Of a stretch of DNA of 64,000 nucleotides, positions 50,313 to 58,869 are shown piece by piece. The DNA is from Parcubacteria bacterium C7867-001 (GTDB lineage Bacteria; Patescibacteriota; Minisyncoccia; Phycocordibacterales; Phycocordibacteraceae): NCBI GenBank assembly GCA_001189095.1, contig LFCK01000002.1:1937-65936 (forward strand), in the 5' to 3' direction. A model generated the notes under the pieces. It was not told where the DNA came from, did no database searches, and saw only the letters and a program-made list of their open reading frames with translations. A program made the position numbers and the translations under genes. Each line of letters opens with the position of its first letter. Position 1 is the stretch's first letter.

Positions 50313-50700
50313 GGTGGGAGAGATAGCTCGTAAGAATAAGGGCTGCGGCGGCTGCGTCAACATGTCCAAGGTCACCGCGGCGCTCCCCTTCTATGGTGCG
50401 GCTTGCTTCCTGCGTCGTAAGCGCTTCCGGCTCAAAGTCGACCGTACGCCCAGTCCTCTGCTCAAGCAGCTGTGCGAATGCGCGGGCCGCGTGCGCAACC
50501 GGATTATCCTTTCCGGAGAAGTCACGCGAGTCTCCCATGACAACATGATCAACGTTCTTCTCGGCTATGATTCGCGTGACTTCGTCGATAAGTCGTCCGT
50601 CGTTTGGGACTATGGCGTGCGGAAAACCCATCGTCCCCGCTTCGTCTGAGAGTGCGAGTCCAACTTTTCTGCTACCAAAATCAATCCCAAGATATCGCAT
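50299..50700 (-). CDS. ruvX: YqgF/RuvX nuclease
   Basis: LGIDFGSRKVGLALSD, VDAAAAALILTSYL. Confidence 0.93.
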   Translation of the reverse strand: MRYLGIDFGSRKVGLALSDEAGTMGFPHAIVPNDGRLIDEVTRIIAEKNVDHVVMGDSRDFSGKDNPVAHAARAFAQLLEQRTGRTVDFEPEALTTQEASRTIEGERRGDLGHVDAAAAALILTSYLSHHGKN

Positions 50701-50761
50701 ACAGGCATCCTACACCACTTGGTTGCAGAATCATCTCCGACAGAATAGATTCATTCATACG

Positions 50762-50797
50762 GGAGGAGTGGCAGAGTGGTCTATCGCACTTGTATTG
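50762..50797 (+). repeat. duplicated 5' part of tRNA-Ser
   Basis: 28 nt identical to 50855-50882, then degenerate anticodon arm. Confidence 0.85.
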
Positions 50798-50854
50798 TTC
50801 AATGAGACAACGAGCGCGGAGCGCGACTATGTCGAATTAATCCCGATTCAGCGC

Positions 50855-50939
50855 GGAGGAGTGGCAGAGTGGTCTATCGCACCTGTCTTGAAAACAGGAG
50901 TGGGGCAACCCACCGTGAGTTCGAATCTCACCTCCTCCG
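50855..50939 (+). tRNA. tRNA-Ser(TGA)
   Basis: Cloverleaf, long variable arm, loop CTTGAAA. Confidence 0.95.
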
Positions 50940-50968
50940 CGGTGCATCGGGGAAAACAATTTAAATAG

Positions 50969-50986
50969 GAATCTCACCTCCTCCGC
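50969..50986 (+). repeat. duplicated 3' end of tRNA-Ser (att-like)
   Basis: GAATCTCACCTCCTCCGC identical to 50923-50940. Confidence 0.85.
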
Positions 50987-51024
50987 TAAAGAGTGCTATG
51001 CACTGGTGGTATCATACGAAAGGT

Positions 51025-51501
51025 ATGCCGCCGTTCGCAGTATTCGCTTGGGAAGCGAAAGAATACGTTCACGAAGAAAAAGGCGCCGATTGGTACTGGG
51101 CGCTTGGCATTATTGCGACCGCCGTCGTTATCGTTTCTATCCTTTTCAACAATATCCTTCTCGCGCTCGTAATAGCCGCCGGTACCGGCGCGCTCGCGCT
51201 CGCCGCCGCTCGTCGTCCGGAAATACACCGCTTCGCAGTGACGCGAGAGGGTGTCGCTATCGATTCAAGTCTGTATCTCTTCAAGAACATGCGTTCATTT
51301 TCTATTCTCGAGTACGTCGACAGCACGATTCCTCCCACTATTTCTATAAAGACGAATCATATGCTCTCTCCGCACATAACCATGCCTATCGTCGGCTACG
51401 ACCCGCTCGAAATCTACGACTACATCAGCGAGCACGTTCCCGAAGGAAATCATCACCACCCTTCCCTTATGGAAGAGGTGGTCGGTCTTCTTCGTCTTTA
51501 G
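51025..51501 (+). CDS. two-TM plus PH-like hypothetical protein
   Basis: W..EY..EKGADWYW, two TMs. Confidence 0.65.
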   Translation: MPPFAVFAWEAKEYVHEEKGADWYWALGIIATAVVIVSILFNNILLALVIAAGTGALALAAARRPEIHRFAVTREGVAIDSSLYLFKNMRSFSILEYVDSTIPPTISIKTNHMLSPHITMPIVGYDPLEIYDYISEHVPEGNHHHPSLMEEVVGLLRL

Positions 51502-51599
51502 CTGCACCCAAGAGTACTTCCAATTTCTAAACTTAAGAAAGTAAAGAAAAAGGGGCGCGTCTTGCGAATCGCGTATTGAGACGGTACAGTCATTTTCAC

Positions 51600-51671
51600 G
51601 CTCCCGTCGTTCAATGGATAGGACGCATCCTTGCGGAGGATGTAATGTAGGTTCGATTCCTACCGGGAGCA
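51600..51671 (+). tRNA. tRNA-Arg(GCG)
   Basis: Cloverleaf, anticodon arm CATCC-TTGCGGA-GGATG. Confidence 0.93.
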
Positions 51672-51847
51672 CAAAAGACAGAAACGCCTGCCCTTCGGCA
51701 GGCTTTCTGCTTTTGTGCTCCCGGAGGAAAGCGTCTGCACGCTTTCCGTTAGGAATCGAAAGGCGCAGCGATGTTCGGCCAGCAGGCCGAACCGCGAGCC
51801 GGGGTCGAGAAATTTTGTTTGCGTCGGCAAACAAAATATTCGTGACC
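51672..51847 (+). repeat. structured dispersed element, copy C, with antisense tRNA 3' copy
   Basis: GGAAAGCGT-CTGC-ACGCTTTCC, then GGC-GCA-GCG-AT-[GTTCGGC/GCCGAAC]-CGC-GA-GCC...GGTCGAGAA..TTCGTGACC. Confidence 0.8.
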
Positions 51848-51897
51848 GAAAGGCGTAATCGCCGGTTCCTACCGTAAAAAATGCTATAACTCCTCCA

Positions 51898-51972
51898 GCT
51901 CCCGTCGTTCAATGGATAGGACAGCTCCCTCCGAAGGAGCAAATGCAGGTTCGATTCCTGCCGAGAGCACCA
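51898..51972 (+). tRNA. tRNA-Arg(CCG)
   Basis: Cloverleaf, loop CTCCGAA, encoded CCA. Confidence 0.93.
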
Positions 51973-52670
51973 TGCAAGAAAAAGTTTGGGAACGCGAATA
52001 CCGCTCAAAAAAGATGCTCTCGCCGAGCAATGTTCCGCATGCCGATGTCGTGCGCTTCGCGAAGTGGTACAAGAAGCGTGAGCGCCAAATTGATCGTGAA
52101 TTCGATTTCGACCGCGTTACGATTCTTGATTTAGGTTCCGGTACTGGGAGGAACGCTTTTTACTTCGCGGAACGCGGCGCAAAGGCCATCGGATATGAAA
52201 TCTCAGATACGGCGCTTTCCTACGCTCGCTCCTTCGCGAGCGACGCTGGACTTTCGATTACGTACGAGAAACGCAGCATCGGTGAACAATTCGCACTCCC
52301 TGACGCATCTATCGATATCATTCTCGACATCACTTCTTCCAATTCCCTTTCGGACAGCGAACGCGCGGTCTATCTCGCAGAAACCCATCGCGTCTTAAAA
52401 CCAAATGGGATTCTTCTCGTTCGAGCGCTTTCAAAGGAAGCTGACAAACACGCCAAAGAACTCATCGCCCGCTTCCCCGGCCCCGATGAGGACACCTACA
52501 TACACCCTGACCTCGGCGTTACGGAAAAGGTATTTACCAAAGAATCCTTCACAAAAACATACGGTGACCACTTTTCTTTCATCGACCTTGAAAGGATCGA
52601 ACACTACGCAACGGTCGCTGGGCGTAAGTACAAACGACAATACTGGCTTGCGTATCTTGCCAAGAATTGA
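51972..52670 (+). CDS. class I SAM-dependent methyltransferase
   Basis: ILDLGSGTGRN, HRVLKPNG. Confidence 0.9.
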   Translation: MQEKVWEREYRSKKMLSPSNVPHADVVRFAKWYKKRERQIDREFDFDRVTILDLGSGTGRNAFYFAERGAKAIGYEISDTALSYARSFASDAGLSITYEKRSIGEQFALPDASIDIILDITSSNSLSDSERAVYLAETHRVLKPNGILLVRALSKEADKHAKELIARFPGPDEDTYIHPDLGVTEKVFTKESFTKTYGDHFSFIDLERIEHYATVAGRKYKRQYWLAYLAKN

Positions 52671-52729
52671 CTTGAGTTAAATAGATCGGTACTTTCAAGA
52701 ACGACTACCTGACATAAGGAGGAGTCGCC

Positions 52730-53653
52730 ATGATCTTTGAAGGATCGAGGGAGGTGCTTGAGCGCTTACACCTCAAACAGAAGTTGTTGCGCGAAAAAGA
52801 TCCTGCGCATGAAGAAATTCGACCCGCGCTCCTCATTTTAAGTGGAGTTATGCGTGGAGTGTATGGAGGAGGTCAGACAATCGCTCTCCACCAGCATGGA
52901 CTAAGCAATGTCTTCGACACGGTCGTTGGAATATCGACTGGTGCTCCCGTTGCTGCGTACTTCGTCGCAAATGACATTGAACGCGGTCTTACCATCTACT
53001 GGAACGAGTGTGCGACACCGGAATTTCTCTCTTTTAGAAGAAGCTTTGGCGCTGAGCGCCCGATGGACATCGACTATCTAGGGAGTGTATTCCGCGGAGA
53101 AACAGCTCGAGGAGTGCGTCTTAGTCAGGAAGCACTGTCTCGCTCTCGCTCCGCGCTTTACACAGGCGTGACCTGCAGACGCACTGGCGAGGGTATCTTT
53201 CTTGATGCAAAGCTCGCGCAACCAGATGTTGTGCAAGCAGTTCAAGCCTCACTCGCAGCGCCATGGCTCTCTCACGGCAACGTTGTGGTCGATGGTAACT
53301 CATACATCGATGGTGCTGGCGCCCTTCCCTTTCCTGCACAGGAAGTGATTGAACGGTTTCGCCCAACAGACTTGCTTGTTCTTGCAAACTGTTCGCCGGA
53401 ACTGAAGTCTTCGCTGCCTCGTTCACTCCTGCGCTCGATTCTTGTAGCTTCACTCCCGCCGAGTGTACGCGATGCGTTTGCGACGATGGACACTCGATTC
53501 CAATCGAGTCTTGCGTATCTTCGCTCGCAGGAGGATTGCCGCTACGCAATTGTATGGACCGATGACGACCTCACGGGGTTCGAACAAAATCCCGTGCGAT
53601 TGGAGTGCGCCGCAGAACGTGCACGAAAACACCTTAGCGATCTTCTTGCTTAA
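52730..53653 (+). CDS. patatin-like phospholipase
   Basis: SGVMRG, GISTG (GxSxG), YIDGA. Confidence 0.85.
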   Translation: MIFEGSREVLERLHLKQKLLREKDPAHEEIRPALLILSGVMRGVYGGGQTIALHQHGLSNVFDTVVGISTGAPVAAYFVANDIERGLTIYWNECATPEFLSFRRSFGAERPMDIDYLGSVFRGETARGVRLSQEALSRSRSALYTGVTCRRTGEGIFLDAKLAQPDVVQAVQASLAAPWLSHGNVVVDGNSYIDGAGALPFPAQEVIERFRPTDLLVLANCSPELKSSLPRSLLRSILVASLPPSVRDAFATMDTRFQSSLAYLRSQEDCRYAIVWTDDDLTGFEQNPVRLECAAERARKHLSDLLA

Positions 53654-53700
53654 CTAGCTTGAAAAATAAAAACCCGATGCAGAGCATCGGGTTTTCTTTT

Positions 53701-53946
53701 TTATTTCTTCGCTCCGGCGAGTGCCTTTGCGAGGCGAGCCTTCTTGCGGTTCGCCGTGTTCTTCTTGATGACTCCGCGCTTTGCCGCCTTATCGATTGCC
53801 TGATAGGCCTTCGAGAGGGCTTCTGCGCTCATCTCCTTGCGGACATCCTTTACGGCCGAACTGAGGGCGCGCTTGCGGCGAATGTTGAAAACACGCTTCG
53901 TGAGAGAGGCGCGGTGAGCTTTCTTCGCGTTCTTGGTGATTGCCAT
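53701..53946 (-). CDS. rpsT: 30S ribosomal protein S20
   Basis: AYQAIDKAAKRGVIKKNTANRKKARL. Confidence 0.97.
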   Translation of the reverse strand: MAITKNAKKAHRASLTKRVFNIRRKRALSSAVKDVRKEMSAEALSKAYQAIDKAAKRGVIKKNTANRKKARLAKALAGAKK

Positions 53947-54004
53947 GTGAACTCGAATATACGCTACCGGCGTCCTTTACGCAATATTTGCTACTATACG
54001 TCTA

Positions 54005-54553
54005 ATGATCCGTGAAATTAGAGGAAAAGTGTTGAATGTTGAGGCTGACGGCGCGGTTATCGACGTGAACGGCTGGGGGGTCAAAGTCTGTATGGCCACC
54101 CACGAAGCCCTTGTTCCAAGCTCCGAGGTCCGTCTCCTCACCTATCTCGCATTCAAGCAGGATGGGGCCGAGCTCTACGGCTTTAGCGAAGAAGCTGACC
54201 GTCGCTTTTTCGAGCTTGCCCTACTGGTCCCCGGCGTTGGCCCTAAGACCGCCATTTCCCTCCTACGCCGTGCGCCGCGCGAATCTCTTGAAGGCGCCAT
54301 CGGACGCCGTGATGTGAATTACCTCACGCGCGTCGTCGGCCTCGGAAAGAAAGCGGCAGAGAAGCTCGTCGTTGAGCTCGCAGAGAAAATCGGTAGCGAG
54401 GGCAGGGCTCCGGTGAGCGGAGATGACGAGGTGTTCGACATGCTGGTCGCTCTTGGTTACACCGAACGCGAAGCGCGCACTGCGCTTACGAAAATTCCTA
54501 TGGAGACCACCGGCACCGATGCGCGCTTCAAAGCGGCGCTCGCCGCTCATTAA
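54005..54553 (+). CDS. ruvA: Holliday junction DNA helicase subunit RuvA
   Basis: LYGF, VPGVGPKTA, GLGKKAAEKLVVEL, LVALGY. Confidence 0.95.
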   Translation: MIREIRGKVLNVEADGAVIDVNGWGVKVCMATHEALVPSSEVRLLTYLAFKQDGAELYGFSEEADRRFFELALLVPGVGPKTAISLLRRAPRESLEGAIGRRDVNYLTRVVGLGKKAAEKLVVELAEKIGSEGRAPVSGDDEVFDMLVALGYTEREARTALTKIPMETTGTDARFKAALAAH

Positions 54554-54554
54554 T

Positions 54555-55814
54555 ATGGGTGCGCTCAAGCCCGTCATCGCTCGCCTGCTTCCCCGCTCGA
54601 TGTATCGAGCGCTTCTTTCTCCGTATCACTATCTCTGGGCGTTCGGCTCCGCACTTGTCTACGGCTTCCCAGGGAAGAAGCTCACCGTCATCGGCGTTAC
54701 GGGCACGAAAGGAAAATCATCCGTCTGCGAAATGCTCACGGCCGTCCTTGAGGCGCATGGCTACAAGGTCGTGCTCTCAAGCACCATCCGCTTCTCAATA
54801 AACGGCGAATCGCGCCCGAATCTCTACAAAATGACGCTTCCGGGGCGCGGGTTCCTCCAGAAATTCCTCCGCGACGCACTCGACTCCGGATCGACCCACG
54901 TCGTGATTGAGCTCACCAGCGAGAGCGCGCTCCAGTACCGCCACAGCTTTACCTATCTCAACGCGCTCGTGTTCACAAATCTTCAGAAGGAACACATCGA
55001 GTCGCACGGCAGCATGGAGAAATACTTTGGGGCCAAGTTTTCGCTCGGGAAGGAACTTGCACGTTCACCGAAGCGCCCACGTGCCATCATCGCAAATGCT
55101 GATGATGAGTACGGGAAGCGATTCCTCGAACTTCCGGTCGAGCAGAAGATAGACTTCTCATTCGCGAATGCGCAGAACGTGCGCAGCAACGAGTCCGGAA
55201 TCTCGTTTGAGTTCGCGGGCATGAGCGTCTCCCTTAAGCACCCCGGAAAATTCTCGCTCTTGAACGCGATTGCAACGCTTAAAGCAGCGGAATTCCTCGG
55301 CGTTCCTCTTTCAGAAGGAGCAGAAACACTTGCAGCTCATGCACGCATCCCCGGGCGCGCTGAGCGCATCGATCGCGGACAAGACTTCCTCGCCGTTGTC
55401 GATTATGCGCACACGCCCGATTCCCTTTCCGCGCTCTACGACGCATTCAAAGACAAGCGAAAGATTTGCGTGCTTGGCAACACCGGCGGCGGACGCGACA
55501 CATGGAAGCGTCCTGACATGGGCCGCATCGCGGATGAAGCGTGCGCGCATGTGATTCTCACCGACGAAGATCCATACGACGAAGATCCGAAGAAAATCGT
55601 CGACGAAATGGCTGCGGGAATGAAACGAACGCCAAAAGTCATCATGGATCGCCGCGAAGCTATTCGTGAAGCGCTCATACTCGCGCAGCCGGGGGATGCC
55701 GTGCTCATCACCGGTAAAGGAACCGACCCGTACATCATGCAGGCTGGCGGAAAAAAGCTTGAGTGGAGCGACGCACGTGTAGTTGCTGAAGAACTCGAAC
55801 GAATGAAACCGTAG
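54555..55814 (+). CDS. murE: UDP-MurNAc-tripeptide synthetase (MurE-like)
   Basis: GVTGTKGKSS, VDYAHTPD, GGGRD, ITGKG. Confidence 0.88.
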   Translation: MGALKPVIARLLPRSMYRALLSPYHYLWAFGSALVYGFPGKKLTVIGVTGTKGKSSVCEMLTAVLEAHGYKVVLSSTIRFSINGESRPNLYKMTLPGRGFLQKFLRDALDSGSTHVVIELTSESALQYRHSFTYLNALVFTNLQKEHIESHGSMEKYFGAKFSLGKELARSPKRPRAIIANADDEYGKRFLELPVEQKIDFSFANAQNVRSNESGISFEFAGMSVSLKHPGKFSLLNAIATLKAAEFLGVPLSEGAETLAAHARIPGRAERIDRGQDFLAVVDYAHTPDSLSALYDAFKDKRKICVLGNTGGGRDTWKRPDMGRIADEACAHVILTDEDPYDEDPKKIVDEMAAGMKRTPKVIMDRREAIREALILAQPGDAVLITGKGTDPYIMQAGGKKLEWSDARVVAEELERMKP

Positions 55815-55830
55815 CTGGTATCATTAGCGC

Positions 55831-56775
55831 ATGCAGAGCGACATTCTTTTTTTCCTCGGTGTTTTCCTCTTTATCTTCATTGTGTGGGTCGCGACCGGCG
55901 GCCCTGATCGTCCGATCTCATTTGCAGGCCCCTATCTCTACCCCATCACGACCTCTGGCGTGAACGCGACCGCGTACGGCACTGCGCGCACGCAAGGAGA
56001 TGCGCCGAAAGGCAGCATCGGCTCGCAATTGAAGGGCGCGGAACAGAATCTCGAAGAGCTGAAGAAACAGGTCGCTGATCTTAAGACGTGGGGAGAGTCC
56101 TCGCCCTACCGCGGCCTCGTAACCATCGACCACAGTACAAGCGGCCCATCGGAAACTGATCGTAAGAAGGAATACGTCACCATCCGTCTTTCTTCGAGCG
56201 CAGACACCGACGTGAACATTAGTGGCTGGAAACTTGAATCTGCAGCGAGCAACCTCTCCGCAACCATAGGACATGGAGCGAAGACCGCGCGCACCGGCCA
56301 CATCAATAACGACGCGCCTATCGTCCTCACGCCGGGGGATTCCGCTATCATCGAAACCGGCTCCTCCCCTATCGGCGAATCCTTCAAGGAAAATATCTGC
56401 AGCGGGTACCTTGAGGAGTTCCAAGATTTCAATCCTTCCCTTTCGCAAAGCTGCCCTGCACCTGCGGATGAATTCAAATATTACGAAGGCAACGACACGC
56501 CGCGTGCTGATCAGTGCTACGACTACCTGAAGACACTTCGTCGCTGCACACTCACCACGGAAGTTCCGAAGGGTGCCTCAAGCGAATGTCGAAACCTCGT
56601 GCAGGATTACCTTAATTACAACGGTTGCGTGAGCGCCCACCAGAACGAAAGCAAATTCTACGGTACTGCGTGGCGCGTCTTCCTCGGAAAGAGCAAGGAG
56701 CTCTGGCGCTCCGCGCACGAGACCATCCGCCTCATCGACCAGAACGGTAAGACGGTCGACGTCTTCGCCTACTAA
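55831..56775 (+). CDS. membrane-anchored lamin-tail-like domain protein with Cys-rich insert
   Basis: TM, 'EYVTIR...VNISGWKL', 'ETIRLIDQNGKTVD', six Cys. Confidence 0.6.
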   Translation: MQSDILFFLGVFLFIFIVWVATGGPDRPISFAGPYLYPITTSGVNATAYGTARTQGDAPKGSIGSQLKGAEQNLEELKKQVADLKTWGESSPYRGLVTIDHSTSGPSETDRKKEYVTIRLSSSADTDVNISGWKLESAASNLSATIGHGAKTARTGHINNDAPIVLTPGDSAIIETGSSPIGESFKENICSGYLEEFQDFNPSLSQSCPAPADEFKYYEGNDTPRADQCYDYLKTLRRCTLTTEVPKGASSECRNLVQDYLNYNGCVSAHQNESKFYGTAWRVFLGKSKELWRSAHETIRLIDQNGKTVDVFAY

Positions 56776-56823
56776 AAGACAAAACCCGCGCCACTGGCGC
56801 GGGTTTTCTGACGTTGAGCCTCT

Positions 56824-57075
56824 TCATGAGGTCCGTTCTTCGTAATCCGTCGGATCGAAGTCCCAGCGCGCGCCAAATATCCAGATCAGGATATAGAGCG
56901 CGAATAGCGTAGAGCCGATGTAATTCGTGTACGGAGTCGAGAGGATGAACACAAAGAAGATGAACGCTATCCGGAGCAGAAGCACCGGAAGTCCGAACGT
57001 ATAAGCGATGCCGCCGAGTATCCCAGCGACCCAGTTATGATCCGAAACTTTCTTGAACGGCTTGCGAGCAAGCAT
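56824..57075 (-). CDS. PspC domain protein
   Basis: WVAGILGGIAYTFG...LLRIAF...YILIWI. Confidence 0.8.
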   Translation of the reverse strand: MLARKPFKKVSDHNWVAGILGGIAYTFGLPVLLLRIAFIFFVFILSTPYTNYIGSTLFALYILIWIFGARWDFDPTDYEERTS

Positions 57076-57251
57076 TACTGTCTCCTTTTCTTGCCTAAGA
57101 GGCACATTACGCCAGCGCCGCATTTTGTCCACTCATTAGAAATTACGCTATCTTTTTGCTAGTATCCAAGCACGCGCCCATATGGAAATGCCCATATGGC
57201 CGCTCGTTCGGCGAGACAGAGTGCCTTCGGGCATTCTATCTGCCTCACTTC

Positions 57252-57324
57252 GCGCCCATAGCTCAGTCGGTAGAGCAACTCCCTTTTAAGGAGTGGGTCC
57301 CTGGTTCGAGCCCAGGTGGGCGCA
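57252..57324 (+). tRNA. tRNA-Lys(TTT)
   Basis: Cloverleaf, loop CTTTTAA. Confidence 0.95.
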
Positions 57325-57465
57325 CAAAGACGAAAATCCTGACCTGCGTCAGGATTTTTCGCTTTGTGCGAGGCGGAGCCATGTCGCCTTAGCGACGGCG
57401 AGCCCGGGTCGGGGTTGCGAGCTAGATTGCGAAGACATGGAGCAATCTAGCCGCAAACCGTGACC
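57321..57465 (+). repeat. structured dispersed element, copy D
   Basis: AAAATCCTGAC-CTGC-GTCAGGATTTT, then GGC-GGA-GCC-AT-[GTCGC/GCGAC]-GGC-GA-GCC...GGTCG..CCGTGACC. Confidence 0.75.
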
Positions 57466-57472
57466 ACATGAA

Positions 57473-57985
57473 TTAACTCTGATTTTCTAGTATTTCTCTA
57501 AAATTCTTCCTTAATTCCTCTTTGGCTTTTTTTAATTCATCTTCCGAAATTTCGTAAGCCTTATACCATTGATCATAAGATATTTTTCCATCCGCCAGCT
57601 GCTCCGAAAAGTTTGAACTTACTAAATTACTTAACACGCGAATGGAAGCGTCAATAAAATTTTGAATTGCTTCCGAGGAGCCTTGATTAAATAGAATCTC
57701 TTTTTTTAAGAAAAAAGATCTTAGGGCATAAAGTTGATTTAGAAGCATCTGAACCTCTTTTTTCTTTTCCTCTAGGCGATCTCCGCCAAACATTGAACCT
57801 TTCGTTGCAATGTACTTCCTTAGACTGTCTTCCAAATCGATAACTTTTTCGAAAACATCTTCAATATGCAGAAGTTGTTTTTCGTAAAGTTTCTCGAACT
57901 TATATCTTCGTTTGGCGAAAAAGTATGTAAGGACTGCGGCTGCCAACCCGCTTGCAAGGGCTTTAACTATATCGGGGTCCAACAT
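57473..57985 (-). CDS. AT-rich hypothetical protein with N-terminal TM (likely acquired)
   Basis: Visibly lower GC than its flanks; next to tRNA-Lys. Confidence 0.65.
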   Translation of the reverse strand: MLDPDIVKALASGLAAAVLTYFFAKRRYKFEKLYEKQLLHIEDVFEKVIDLEDSLRKYIATKGSMFGGDRLEEKKKEVQMLLNQLYALRSFFLKKEILFNQGSSEAIQNFIDASIRVLSNLVSSNFSEQLADGKISYDQWYKAYEISEDELKKAKEELRKNFREILENQS

Positions 57986-57986
57986 A

Positions 57987-58640
57987 TCAACTCAAATTTA
58001 GAGCCCACCTCTCCAAACTCTCCTTCAGTGGGAGCTCTCCACTCCTTGAGTCACTCAACAACTCAATCAAATCCCTCGATAACACCCTCGTCTCCTCCTT
58101 CGTCCACCCCTTCCCTCCTTTCTGCATCATGTCCCTCGCCTTCCAGTGAAGAAGACCATGCAGCATTTCGGGAGCATCTCCCTGCCGCTCTGCTTTTACG
58201 ATCTCCTTCCAGAGCGCGAGCGCATCCTTTGATGCGAGCGCGTTTACGAGCGCACCATTAAAACCACGCGCTGCCGGTTTTTCTTTTGCATCGACCGTGA
58301 AAACCTTTTCTGCTTTCGCTTCGATTTTCTTCGCACGCGCAGCGAGGAGTTTCGGTGCAAGAATTGCAACAACATTTTCTGAATCCTTAAGTTCTCCGAG
58401 ACGCTCGAGCACAAGCTCGCCTGCTTCGCTTAGAGCAAACGGATCATCAAGCAGAACGAGAGACTTCGCGTGGAAGAGTCCGCGCGATGAGAGTGCTTCG
58501 TTGAGGACCGCTTCCGAAAGATCGTCCGCCGGAATGCGAAGGTACGGAGCGTCAGGAGCTTTCGCACGGGCCGCAGCGACCCATGCGAACGCCTTTGCGC
58601 GCACCTTCCCTGAGTCAGAACCCGTAAAGAGGTAAATCAC
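57987..58640 (-). CDS. holA: DNA polymerase III delta subunit-like (short)
   Basis: IYLFTGSD, SRGLFHAKSLVLLD. Confidence 0.7.
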   Translation of the reverse strand: MIYLFTGSDSGKVRAKAFAWVAAARAKAPDAPYLRIPADDLSEAVLNEALSSRGLFHAKSLVLLDDPFALSEAGELVLERLGELKDSENVVAILAPKLLAARAKKIEAKAEKVFTVDAKEKPAARGFNGALVNALASKDALALWKEIVKAERQGDAPEMLHGLLHWKARDMMQKGGKGWTKEETRVLSRDLIELLSDSRSGELPLKESLERWALNLS

Positions 58641-58710
58641 GCTTGTATTCTAGACCAAAAAAGCTAAGGGCGCTCCTTGCGGAGCGCCCTAGTCACACGC
58701 GATTCGTGGA

Positions 58711-58845
58711 TCAGTTGAGGAGTGGCTTCAGTACGAGCGCCCACATGAGCGCACAGTACAGAATCACGCCTACTGCCACGAGACCCGGTGAAAGCTTTTT
58801 CGGTTTCGGAACGTTCTGTTCCGAAGAACGAGCAGGTGAGATCAT
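58711..58845 (-). CDS. small single-TM protein (44 aa, not in the ORF track)
   Basis: MISPARSSEQNVPKPKKLSPGLVAVGVILYCALMWALVLKPLLN*, GGAGGA SD. Confidence 0.6.
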   Translation of the reverse strand: MISPARSSEQNVPKPKKLSPGLVAVGVILYCALMWALVLKPLLN

Positions 58846-58869
58846 TCTGTCCTCCCTTGAACCCTTCTA

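Noticed and set aside
27490-56810. Short GC-rich palindromes (e.g. 27492, 36588, 43320, 47080, 56783) as a REP family
   Set aside because: Their sequences are unrelated, and positions at gene ends with A/T tails fit ordinary bidirectional terminators
57866-58261. Ser/Pro-rich 131-aa ORF on the + strand
   Set aside because: Product of the pyrimidine-rich antisense strand of holA
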